Shown: positions 52,799-62,783 of the stretch, in pieces
How positions within the stretch are numbered: the first letter of the stretch is position 1
Layout of the letters: each line of letters starts with the position of its first letter
NCBI GenBank assembly: GCA_963717465.1
Contig: OY970340.1
Span: forward strand, 1,280,001 to 1,344,000
DNA from: Candidatus Bathyarchaeota archaeon
Lineage (GTDB): Archaea > Thermoproteota > Bathyarchaeia > Bathyarchaeales > Bathycorpusculaceae
Direction: 5' to 3'
Length of the DNA: 64,000 bases
Notes under the pieces: generated by a model
What the model was told of the DNA's origin: nothing
The model's database searches: none
What the model saw: the letters and a program-made list of their open reading frames with translations, nothing else
Translations under genes and position numbers: made by a program

Positions 52799-53755
52799 AT
52801 GGTTAATTTTCCGTTCAAAAGAACCATCCTAATCTTGTTGGATGTAAGAAAAAACGGGTTTATCTATACCCTAAACACTGCATTAATATTTTCTTTTCAA
52901 GCATTAAACCCACGTCGTATATATCTGCCTAAGCAAAGGCTAATCAAAGTTAACGGGTCTTGGATGCTTGTATACCCAAAAAAGAAAGGCATTCAATTAG
53001 ACCTGTATTTGTGTAGGGAAAGAGAGCCTTTATGCACAAAAATCCTACTAAATAATGCAATTATTAAGCAGGGTGACTGCATACTTGACATTGGCGCAAA
53101 CATTGGCTACTATGTATTACTTGAATCCAGACTTGTCGGTGATTTTGGTATCGTGTACGGGGTTGAACCAGTAAAAACAACCTTTGCGCTCTTAAAAGAG
53201 AACGTGTCGTTGAATAGGCGCAGTAATGTCGAATTGCACAATTTAGCTGTTGGCGATAAAAATGAGCAAGCGGAAATTTATGTTTCAGATAAGAGTAATC
53301 TTAGCGCAATGAGGAAAGAAGCTAGCGGCGGCACTATCTTAGGAACTCAAGCAGTTAATGTTATCACTATTGATTATTTTTTGGTAGGTAAACGCTTTCC
53401 CAATTTGATCAGAATGGACGTTGAAGGTTACGAGTATGAAATAGTGAAGGGCATGGAGAAGACACTGCAGAAAGCGGATGATCTTTGGGTAATGATAGAA
53501 CTACATGTATCGCCTAAACAATCAACGTGGGAACACGTTACTGAAATACTTTCTACACTTGAGAAGAACAATTTTAAAATTAGATATGTGATTTATAATC
53601 GTTCAGTGAAGGATAATAAAGTATTTCAGTATTTGCGGCACGGATTTGGGACGCCTTTTCCCTACATAGCAAGGGATATCTCCTACTCCAAGTTGCTAGA
53701 GTTACTTAAAGGTCAGCAAGAAGGCCCAAACATTCTGTTTCAGAAACAGAACTAG
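52799..53755 (+). CDS. FkbM-family methyltransferase
   Basis: DIGANIGYY, VEP, RMDVEGYEYEI. Confidence 0.92.
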   Translation: MVNFPFKRTILILLDVRKNGFIYTLNTALIFSFQALNPRRIYLPKQRLIKVNGSWMLVYPKKKGIQLDLYLCREREPLCTKILLNNAIIKQGDCILDIGANIGYYVLLESRLVGDFGIVYGVEPVKTTFALLKENVSLNRRSNVELHNLAVGDKNEQAEIYVSDKSNLSAMRKEASGGTILGTQAVNVITIDYFLVGKRFPNLIRMDVEGYEYEIVKGMEKTLQKADDLWVMIELHVSPKQSTWEHVTEILSTLEKNNFKIRYVIYNRSVKDNKVFQYLRHGFGTPFPYIARDISYSKLLELLKGQQEGPNILFQKQN

Positions 53756-53937
53756 CCTTAGCATCCCTTTTTGAGATGGCAACTCAGAAATCAACATTTT
53801 ATTTCACCATCGTATCTTCCACATTAATGCCGCTGCAGTTTTGGCAGAAAACCAGTTTTCCTAACAAACTCGATTTATGACCGTCATTTAAGAAAAAGTT
53901 CAATCTGCGGTTGCTCGGCATGAGAATCAGCAAATTG

Positions 53938-55297
53938 CTAAAAAAGTCTTAACCCTAAACTTAATTCGATCCATAATACTAAAGAAGCCACAGTGACTTC
54001 AACGATGGATAAGACTGCGCCAACTTTTAGGTAACTTTTAAGGCTAATGTTTACGCCTTTTCGCTTCATTGTTTCAAGCCACATCAAAATCGCAAGTGAA
54101 CCCAGCGGAAAGAAATGTGGACCCAAATTGTTTCCGATAATGTTTGAGAAGATTAATCCCGTTAATGCTTGTCCGCTCAACCCCACAGCAGCCTGCTTGA
54201 TCGAGAGCAATCCCAGAATTGTCATTGGCCAATTGTTTATGAAACTTGCACCAACAGTGACAATTAAGCTTGGCACAAGTACGGAGAGTACAGACGGCAA
54301 ACTGCTACCCCACACAAGTGCTCTGAGATACGAAATCTACGATTCCGACATTGTTTAATCCTTGAACAACAATGAAGATGCCAAGCATGAAAATCACCAT
54401 GTCCCAATTGATTTGCTTTATTATCCGCTTGATTCCTTGGGGTTCATCTCTTGGAAAAGAGCCCTTGTTTAACGCGACCCAGTAAACTGCGATGAGAAAG
54501 ATTGCTCCTGAACAGACAACAAATGAAACTGGAACTCTTACAAACGAGGATAAGACATACCCAACATCGACAGCGATTAAAGTGGCGATGCTGATTTTTA
54601 AAAGAGCAGGAGCGATGAAATGTGATTTTTTTGTTAAATCTTCACCAAGCTCTGTAGAGTATGTTTTAGGAATTTTTTTGCGGAAGATAAAGTAGACTAG
54701 CATTAGACTGCTTGCGATAGTGGCAACTGAGACTAGACTCATTATTGTCATGTGGTCGATGAAACTGTACTTGAAAACATCTGCACTTACAATGTTCACT
54801 GGGTTACTCGTAATCAACGGCATTGCGGCGGTATCGGCAATTAACCCCGCGGAGAAAAGATACGCTAATCTTCCGTTAGAGTCAATTTTTAATTGGCTAA
54901 CAATCTCTAAAACAATCGGCGTCAAAATCAAAACTGCACTGTCATTGGCAAAAAGTATACTTACAACCGCAGTTAAGAGTGCAATGTAAAAGTATAATTT
55001 AACGCCGTCCCCATGAGCATAACCTACCACCTTTAGAGCTGCCCACTTGAAAAAGCCCATAGCATCCAAAGTCACAGATAAAGCAACAATGCCCACGAAC
55101 GCTAACGCTGCATCCCAAATAGTCATGACCGAAGTTAACGCGTCGCTAAACGCAACAGTCCCAAGCAGAAGCGAAGCTAAAGCCCCAATTCCCGCAACTA
55201 AACCAAGCTTAATTCCTCTAGGTCTTCGAATCATAAGAAAAAGAGTGGCTGCAAAGATTGAAAGCGAAATCACCGAAACGTAATTCACCCAAGTCAC
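53938..55297 (-). CDS. arsB: ArsB/NhaD family transporter, frameshift near 54330
   Basis: LDAMGFF, FANDSAVLILTP, FINNWP, NNLGPHFFPLGSLAILMW. Confidence 0.85.
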
Positions 55298-55411
55298 CCT
55301 TCTTCTCTTAGAGCAACTGCAAAATCTCTATAAAAAACTAACCAACAAAAGAAATAAAAGCGGACCAAACAAACTTGTGAAAACAAAAAATAAGGTTGAA
55401 GAATGGGGTTC

Positions 55412-56495
55412 TTAGAAGATCAGTGGCATTTTAAATGCTTTCTTTGACTTAGGTCTTAGTGAACGTACTGTTGCTCCAGCTCGCCACATTTCGCTTTCGC
55501 CTAAAGTCTTCAATTCGTCTGCAAGTTCCTGCCTGTAGTTTGGTTTGCTGCTTCTTTCAAGAACGATCCGCGTTTCCTCACCTGAAGAGACAAGTTCATA
55601 GAGTGACTCGAAAAGTGGTTTTGTGCCATTGCGAAAGCGCTCCTTCCACCGTAATGCTCCGATGCGTGCTGTTTCGCTGCAGTTGTTGTACATCCAATCC
55701 ATTCCGTTCTCGTCGACAAGGCGAATTAGACTTTGAGTGAGTTCCTCAACTGTTTCGTTGAAAGCTTCACTTGGGCTGTGTCCTTTCTCACGAAGCGTGT
55801 AGTACTGAGCCTCCATGATTCCAGCTAAGGCCCCCATTAAGACGCCTCGTTCACCAGTTAAGTCACTGTAGACTTCTTTTTCAAACGTTGTCGGAAACAG
55901 GTAGCCCGAACCAATAGCGATTCCCAAGGCTTTCGTTCGGTTTTCAGCTTTGCCCGTGGAATCTTGAAAGACTGCGAAGCTGCTGTTTATTCCGCTTCCG
56001 TCGCAAAAGTTCTTCCTAACCGATGTTCCTGAACCTTTTGGCGCAACCAAAATAACATCGACGTTATTTGGCGGAATAACTCCCGTTTGCTCTTTATACA
56101 CTATTGAGAATCCATGTGAAAAGTAAATAGCATCACCTTTTTTAAGTGACTTTTTAACTGTCGGCCAAGCCTCTTTTTGTCCAGCATCAGTTAACAGAAA
56201 CATTTTAATTGTTCCTTTTTCCGCAGCCTCCTTCATCGAGAACAGGTTTTCTCCCGGAACCCAACCATCCTTTACTGCTAAATCATAGTATGCTTTGTGT
56301 ACTCCCGTCTTCTCTTGACCAACGATTACTTTAATCCCATTATCCTCTCATATTTAGTGATTGAGCGCGACCTTGAATACCGTAGCCAAGCGAAACAACA
56401 ACTTCATCTTTTAGAATTTTTTGAGCTTTGGCCACAGTAAACTCTTCACGAGTAATGACGTCTTCCTTAACGCCGCCGAAATCTATTTTCACCAT
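55412..56495 (-). CDS. ilvC: Ketol-acid reductoisomerase (Ilv5/Bacteroidota-like type), frameshift near 56345
   Basis: GYGIQG..QSLNMRDNG, DGWVPG, FSHGF, APKGSG, SDLTGERGVLMG, EAFNETVEE. Confidence 0.95.
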
Positions 56496-56969
56496 TTTAA
56501 TTGTTCCTCTAGCCAAACACTTTAGCAAATGCTATAATTAAGAATTATGTTGGCATTTCCTGTGATAATTATAGCTCAATGACAAGCCACAGTGTGCTAA
56601 TTTAGATGTTTCACTTCAGCATTAACTAAAAAAGTGTCAATTAAAGCTCAATGATGTATACGCATGTTTCTTTAGAGCATAAATTAAAAATTCTGGAAGC
56701 GAGGTGAGTGACAAGCGCGCACCGAACAGCTAAGCGTTATTTGGATGAGACACGATGGACGAAAACTAAAAAAAAGTTGTTGAAGGAGAGAAATATGATT
56801 GGCAATAAGCAGCATCGATGAGGAAAGTAATATAGTGCAAAGTAGCTCGCTAGGCTTGTAAATATGGGTAAGAGGGATTTTATGAATGTTAAGCAAGCAA
56901 AGCTTAAATCCATAAAATGATATTAAAATAAGCAACCTAGATATCAATCGAAAGAAGAGTTATAAAAAA

Positions 56970-57569
56970 TTGACTCAAACAAGCATGACACAAGCACCAA
57001 AGAAAAAAGGCAAGGTATTCTATGCTGGAGTAATCGCCTTTATCCTGATTGCTGGAGTAATAGTAGCAGTAGTTGAATCTAATTCCAATCCAGGTAACAC
57101 TTCAAGTACTGCACCAATGACTACCCCTTTGACTGTATCGACCTCAATCAATACCCCGAATATAACAATCACATACAGCACAACAGAAGTATCACCGATT
57201 TATTGTGAACCATGTCTCACAAATACTTCACAATCTAGCTATCCTAGCTACGTAATTTTAGTAGTTAATATGACAATACAGAATAATGGATATAACGAAA
57301 GTTTCAGCGCGGCTCCTGGCGATTTCTCTGTCACTGCAAACGGTGTAGCTTACTATTGCAGCTATGGCGCCCTCGCTGTCGTAGGGAACCCACCTTTTGT
57401 TGCTAACAATTTTGATATGGTGGATGTACCCAATGGTGGAACTTATAGCGGTACACTAGTGTTTACTATTCCTGCATCCGCAGACATTTCAGGACTCGCA
57501 TACTTAGGCATGTATTATGAGGACGGCACTGTCCACAACTTTAACGTGGTATTTACTCAGGCAAGTTAA
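56970..57569 (+). CDS. Membrane-anchored DUF4352-like protein
   Basis: KKK followed by TM, Ser/Thr linker, VNMTIQNNGY, SGTLVFTIP. Confidence 0.7.
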   Translation: MTQTSMTQAPKKKGKVFYAGVIAFILIAGVIVAVVESNSNPGNTSSTAPMTTPLTVSTSINTPNITITYSTTEVSPIYCEPCLTNTSQSSYPSYVILVVNMTIQNNGYNESFSAAPGDFSVTANGVAYYCSYGALAVVGNPPFVANNFDMVDVPNGGTYSGTLVFTIPASADISGLAYLGMYYEDGTVHNFNVVFTQAS

Positions 57570-57887
57570 ATAGGGCTAAATATTGTAATTATAATTGTGT
57601 CTTTGCGCATACTCTGATACTTTCACTCTTCGCTCATCGTAGCATTCTCTAATTATCCCTCGATTTTATAAGTAATTAAATTGTCTCTTTTCGAAAAATC
57701 AAACCGCCTCCTCACTACCAAAAATGACAGAAGATTTCCATAACCCGCCAGTTCGTATTTTATGCAACCGCAAAATCTCTTCAATGGGAAATGACATGGT
57801 AATTGTTATTGTCTTGGTGCAACAGCAAAAAAATATATCTTTTTTCAATTCTCCTATTTTTAGATAAAATTTTTTTGAGGTAGAAAA

Positions 57888-58194
57888 ATGCAAAAATATC
57901 TAGCCTTAATTAAACTGAGTCCCAATAGAACACAATCATTTTATGACTCCTTAAAGAGGATGTTAAGAAGGCCTGTTGCTGGAGTTAAAATCCAAGCATC
58001 ATATAACATCTTTGGAAGCTGGGATTGCGCCATATGGTTTGAAGCTGAAAACAACGATTTAGCAGACCGGTTTTATCGCAGAAAAGATACGCCCCATAAA
58101 CGGAGTATTCGAAACATTAACTATGCCTGCCACACCAATAGAAGAACCTAGCAAAGTACCAACCGACACCGTATTCTCCAGAATCCACACATAA
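57888..58194 (+). CDS. GYD/Lrp-ligand-domain-like small protein, frameshift near 58063
   Basis: SYNIFGSWD..FEAENN / FIAEKIRPINGVFETLTMPA. Confidence 0.65.
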
Positions 58195-58231
58195 AAAATT
58201 TCATCAACAACTCCTTCTTTTTAATACATTC

Positions 58232-58577
58232 AAAAACACCCTATTGAAGCAAGCAACTAATCCAGATTTACCACTCAGAGCAATCCTCGAAAAGAATCTA
58301 CTATTCATTATAGTAGGTAGTTCCATCCAGATTTAACTTCTCTGGATCAACCCACCTGATCTTATCAGGTTCACCTCACAGCGTTCGCTCGACAGGTTCG
58401 ACGTCGTTCAACCTTGCAGGTTCACTGTTAATTTGCGCATAAGACTCAAAAGCCGCGAAGCGTGCTTGATCGCTTTTAGCTTGAGTACACAGAAAGTTGG
58501 CTTTACGGTTCAACTATACATGGTATTGCAGCAACTGACTTTTAGGCCATGATTTAGTTTTAGCTTTCGCGATTACT
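58232..58577 (-). ncRNA. Putative large structured non-coding RNA, family unassigned
   Basis: At least eight local hairpins plus two long-range pairings, ending in a U5 tract; strand inferred from G-U pairs and a GAAA loop. Confidence 0.5.
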
Positions 58578-58587
58578 ACACGAAAAA

Positions 58588-58649
58588 GGTTTTCCGAGAT
58601 TTTCCATGTTATTCGTGGGTTTTCCGAGATTTTCAGGACATTCCTGAAA
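58588..58649. repeat. Two 17-bp direct repeats (30-bp period) and an 8-3-8 palindrome
   Basis: GGTTTTCCGAGATTTTC at 58588 and 58618; TTTCAGGA-CAT-TCCTGAAA at 58631-58649. Confidence 0.9.
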
Positions 58650-58688
58650 GCCTAAAGCATAATAAATCACTTAGAGTAATACGCTCGT

Positions 58689-59123
58689 ATGGCAAGCAAA
58701 TTCACTCCTGAATTAATTGCGCCATGCGGGATTAACTGCGGAGTATGCAAAAATTACTTAGCCTTTACAAGAAGGGTTCCAACTAAACGAGGAAAAATCA
58801 GTCACTGTAAAGGTTGCATGATACGAGCTAAGAATTGTTACATTAAAAGCGGTTGCAATAAACTCGTCAAGGGGCAAGTAAAGTATTGTTTTGAATGCAA
58901 TGATATGCCCTGCAAGAATATTCAACATTTGGACAAACGTTACAGAGAAAACTATGACATGAGCTTGGTTGAAAACCTAAAGGAACTAAAACTACACGGC
59001 ATAGACGATTTCCTTAAGACACAGGGGGCAAAATATGAATGCCCAGTTTGCGGAGACGTCTTGTCGATGCATGACGGCAAATGCTACCTCTGCTTTCGCA
59101 AAAAACTGGGCTCAAATAGGTGA
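58689..59123 (+). CDS. DUF3795 cysteine-rich protein
   Basis: APCGINCGVC, CKGC, CYIKSGC, YCFECNDMPC, CPVCG. Confidence 0.85.
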   Translation: MASKFTPELIAPCGINCGVCKNYLAFTRRVPTKRGKISHCKGCMIRAKNCYIKSGCNKLVKGQVKYCFECNDMPCKNIQHLDKRYRENYDMSLVENLKELKLHGIDDFLKTQGAKYECPVCGDVLSMHDGKCYLCFRKKLGSNR

Positions 59124-59140
59124 CACTTAAAGTTTAGCAT

Positions 59141-60052
59141 TCAGGTTTTTATGGCGAACATTTTTTCCAGTGAAGCTCGAGCTTTTCTGGCGACTGGCTC
59201 GGCAACTTTGACTACGTATTTTTCTTCTTTTAGTGAAGCATAAAGCCGGTCAAGAGTTGTTAGTTTCATATTTGGGCAAATTGCGCCGTCGTATGACAGT
59301 ATAAATGTTTTGTCAGGATTTTCTTTGCGTAAGCGATGCAGGATGCCTTCTTCTGTGCCTACAATAAATGTTTTAGCGTTTGATTCCTTGACATAACGGC
59401 ACATTTTTGAAGTGCTGCCGACAAAATCTGCCACTTTGCGCATTTCAGCGCTACATTCTGGGTGAACTATTACGCAAGCGTTTGGATGTTTAGCTTTGAG
59501 AACTTGAACGTCTTCAGGCTGGAACAGCAGGTGAGTTGGGCAAAATCCCCATTCCGGAAGTGGAATAATGGTTTTTCCTGTTTTCTCCGCAACGTATTCC
59601 CCAAGGTTCCTGTCAGGACCAAAAAGAATAGTGTCTGCATCAATTGATTTTATAACTTCAACAGCGTTAGCGCTTGTGCAGCATACATCGCAGTAAGCTT
59701 TAGCAGCTGCCAAAGTGTTCACGTAGAGGACGACTGGAGCCTTAGGATAAAGCGCCTTTGCTCTTTTGATTTCGTCCACGGTTAACATTTGAGCCATCGG
59801 GCAACGTGCACCCTGACAAGGCAAAAGCACTTTCTTGTTCGGATTAAGTATAGCAGCTGATTCAGCCATGAAATCCACCGCTGAAAAAACAATAATTTTA
59901 GCATCTTTTTCTTCCATCGCTTTGCGGCTAAGTTCTATGCTATCACCAATATAATCGGCAATATCTTGGATTTCTGGTCTTTGATAATTATGAGCTAAAA
60001 TGACTGCCTTTTTTTCCTTTTTTAAATTGATGATTTTTTCACTTAAATTCAT
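59141..60052 (-). CDS. nadA: Quinolinate synthase
   Basis: ILAHNYQ, FMAE, CPMA, YVNT, CTSANA, CPTH, HPEC, GST, CPNMK. Confidence 0.97.
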   Translation of the reverse strand: MNLSEKIINLKKEKKAVILAHNYQRPEIQDIADYIGDSIELSRKAMEEKDAKIIVFSAVDFMAESAAILNPNKKVLLPCQGARCPMAQMLTVDEIKRAKALYPKAPVVLYVNTLAAAKAYCDVCCTSANAVEVIKSIDADTILFGPDRNLGEYVAEKTGKTIIPLPEWGFCPTHLLFQPEDVQVLKAKHPNACVIVHPECSAEMRKVADFVGSTSKMCRYVKESNAKTFIVGTEEGILHRLRKENPDKTFILSYDGAICPNMKLTTLDRLYASLKEEKYVVKVAEPVARKARASLEKMFAIKT

Positions 60053-60223
60053 TATTTCGCCTTAAAGTGAATTATATCAACGTCAAATCATGAGATATAT
60101 ATTTTTACTTCATTCTTACGGCTTTTCATACTTAATCCATCGCATTTCAGACATTTCTGCTCAAATTTTCCCATCGACGATTATTCCGTTTAGGGAATAC
60201 ATGATTTATTAACGATTGATGAT

Positions 60224-61657
60224 ATGGATGGTTGGGCGAAAAGGGGAAGGCTTCAAACTTACATGCGTAAACTATTACCTAGAAGCTTCAAGTCAGTTTA
60301 CTTGCTATTCCTAGTACCTATTTTTCTAGCGGTACTATCCTGGCTTTATTTCCCCACTGTAGCTACCTGGATTATCGCTAACGTATTTCACTACCTGGCA
60401 CCTGCGTCAACAGCAAATCCAGTTTGGATGGGATTTGTCAGTTTCTTTTACAGTTGGTACACTTTAGCAATTGGAATTTCAGGCTTGTGGGTTGTAGCTG
60501 CTTACTTGTCAAGAAAAAAGCAACATGTGGAAAATGGGCATGGATTCAATCCTCTTGTTTCATTCATCATTCCAGCATTCAATCAGGAGAAAAACATTGC
60601 ACGATGCATCCGATGCCTTTTCAAATGCACAGAAAAATACGACGGCATATGTGAAGTCATAATTGTGGATGATGGCAGTACAGATGAAACTTACAAAGCA
60701 GCAGCAAGAGAAATACAACTGGGAAAAACTTCGCATCCGCTCATTGGAGCAAAAATTTGTCGGCATTTGTCAAATTTAGGTAAAATTGAAGCTTTAAAAA
60801 CAGGTAAGAACCGTGCAATGGGCGGTTTAATCGCGATCGTAGATGCTGATTCTGAATGGGCGCCTGAAACTCTGTTTTGGCTTGTAAATTACAAGCTTGC
60901 AAATGGCAAAAAAGCTTTAACAGGTTATGTTCATCCGAACGGGCAAGATTCTCATGGTAATTTGCTTGTAACTTTGCAGCGGTTGGAGTATAGTCAAAGC
61001 TTAGGCGTATGTCGCGCCGCTCAGAGTTTAGGAGATAATGTGTCTGTTGTCTCTGGAGCGATTGGGCTTTACGACGCTGATTTGCTTCGAAACATCTTGG
61101 CAGAAGGAAACATTCACAGTATAACCGAAGATTTGGAAATTACTCTTGAAATGCGTAAAAGAGGCGTAAAAGCCGAATACGTTAATTTTGCAAGAAGTGA
61201 CACTGTTGCACCTGTAAGTTTAAACGCGCTATGGCATCAGCGCTTACGATGGTTTACTGGCTGGTTACATAACACGTCTGGGATTTATCGTGATTTAATG
61301 AAAAAGCGTTCATGGTTCTCGGCCCTTATATGGTACTGTTACATATTCGAGTTTGCAGGCGCATTCATTTATTTGGGAACATTAATTTCATTCCCGTTTT
61401 TGTGGTATTTTTCCCCTGACCCAGTTCAATTCGGATTAAACTTACTAGTGTTTATTCCATACGGCTTAGTGATCAGCGTAATTAATCAAGCAATAGCATT
61501 AAAGTTTGCTTATGGCAGTTATACCTTTGGCGACTTACTATTCTATACACCACTTAACATTTTCCTAAGGTTAATCAACATGTTTGCGCGTTCTGAAAGC
61601 GTAGTCAGATATTTAATGGGAAACAACGGAAATTGGCATGGAAATTGGAAGAGTTAA
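60224..61657 (+). CDS. Processive GT2 glycosyltransferase (PgaC/cellulose synthase-like)
   Basis: DDGS, DAD, TED, QRLRW motifs flanked by TMs. Confidence 0.9.
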   Translation: MDGWAKRGRLQTYMRKLLPRSFKSVYLLFLVPIFLAVLSWLYFPTVATWIIANVFHYLAPASTANPVWMGFVSFFYSWYTLAIGISGLWVVAAYLSRKKQHVENGHGFNPLVSFIIPAFNQEKNIARCIRCLFKCTEKYDGICEVIIVDDGSTDETYKAAAREIQLGKTSHPLIGAKICRHLSNLGKIEALKTGKNRAMGGLIAIVDADSEWAPETLFWLVNYKLANGKKALTGYVHPNGQDSHGNLLVTLQRLEYSQSLGVCRAAQSLGDNVSVVSGAIGLYDADLLRNILAEGNIHSITEDLEITLEMRKRGVKAEYVNFARSDTVAPVSLNALWHQRLRWFTGWLHNTSGIYRDLMKKRSWFSALIWYCYIFEFAGAFIYLGTLISFPFLWYFSPDPVQFGLNLLVFIPYGLVISVINQAIALKFAYGSYTFGDLLFYTPLNIFLRLINMFARSESVVRYLMGNNGNWHGNWKS

Positions 61658-61706
61658 ACAGCGAAAGATTTTAACTACCCTTCAACTAATGAGGGCTGAA
61701 TTTACC

Positions 61707-62463
61707 ATGATTAAAGCAGTTTTATTCGACTTATTTGATACTTTGCTCTTAATAGAAAAAAGAAAAGGTTATAATTTCCGCGAAAAAAGTCGCCAAGGAG
61801 GCGATGTTGCCTCAGGTTTAAAAAAAATGCATAGTTTCTTAGTTTCAAAAGGCGTTAATGTTACTTTTGAAGAATTCTATCAAGCATACGTGGAGGCTCG
61901 TGATGCCCTTTATGCTAAGGCTGATGTGAATCTTGAGGAGCCTCATTTTAATGTTAGAATTGTTGACACCTTAAAGAAACTTGGCTTTAACTGTGACATT
62001 TCAAGTTCAATTGTGACTGGGGCAACATGCGTTTTTTATGAGGAATTTATGAAATACGTTCAAATTGATGAGTATGCTAAATCAGTTTTAGAAAAACTGC
62101 ATAAGGAAATACAAGCTTGGAATAATCTCAAACTTTGCAATTCCAGAGTGCGCATTAAAATTATTGTCTTTGCACGGTTTGGACGAACTGTTTGATTTGA
62201 TTGTTATTTCTGGTGCAGTTAACAAGCGTAAGCCAAGTCCAGAAATTTTCATGGATGCTTTAAAGGCGCTTGGAGTTTCTGCTTCCGAAGCGGCGTTTGT
62301 TGGTGATACAGCTGATGCGGATGTTGCTGGCGCAAAAGCGGTTGGCATGTGTTCAATTTATCTTAAGAGGCGTCTTGAGGAAGATTTAGAGATGTATCAT
62401 CCTGATTATATCATTGATAGTCTGAATGACTTGCCAGTTTTGCTAAGCAAAGTTAGTTTTTAA
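61707..62463 (+). CDS. HAD-family hydrolase, frameshift near 62105
   Basis: FDLFDT / KPSPEIF, VGDTADAD. Confidence 0.88.
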
Positions 62464-62602
62464 TGAATTTGGTTTTTAATTTTAGAATATTCTAATTATT
62501 GCTGCAATTTCGGAATAAACTTAATATGGATGCATGCTTGTAGGGTGTATTGTGATATATGATATTGGATATTAATATCCAATAAATGGAAGTTATAAGA
62601 AA

Positions 62603-62710
62603 ATGGATGAACAATTAAGCAAAGAAGAAATACGCTGGCTTGTTGTTAAATCAATGCTTGATGAATTTCCAAAATTAAGACGCAAAGTCAAGAATTACCT
62701 TTCTCAATAA
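62603..62710 (+). CDS. Candidate 35-aa small protein
   Basis: MDEQLSKEEIRWLVVKSMLDEFPKLRRKVKNYLSQ*, amphipathic helical pattern. Confidence 0.5.
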   Translation: MDEQLSKEEIRWLVVKSMLDEFPKLRRKVKNYLSQ

Positions 62711-62728
62711 AGATTTCTCAATAAAGAT
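62701..62728 (+). repeat. Perfect 14-nt tandem duplication covering the small ORF stop codon
   Basis: TTCTCAATAAAGAT x2. Confidence 0.9.
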
Positions 62729-62783
62729 TGTTCTAAATATCTGCGAGGAAACTTCAAGCAAGACGAATTGTAAAACAGAATCA

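Noticed and set aside
56201..56508. 16-nt repeat CATTTTAATTGTTCCT at the ilvC start and inside ilvC
   Set aside because: AT-rich, no rearrangement evident; treated as chance
56708..56821. 37-aa basic ORF after GAGGTGA
   Set aside because: RBS abuts the GTG with no spacing, and no recognisable motif
58232..58577. Canonical RNase P, SRP RNA, tmRNA, group I/II intron or TnpB omega-RNA identity for the structured region
   Set aside because: Diagnostic motifs are absent (CR-I/CR-V, SRP helix 8, tRNA-like ends, P7 R/S elements, domain V) and there is no adjacent nuclease or RT gene
58588..58634. Mini CRISPR array
   Set aside because: Only two 17-nt repeats with a 13-nt spacer, and no cas genes
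62450..62480. Degenerate tandem copy of the HAD gene end (13/15)
   Set aside because: T-rich terminator-like sequence; cannot be distinguished from chance
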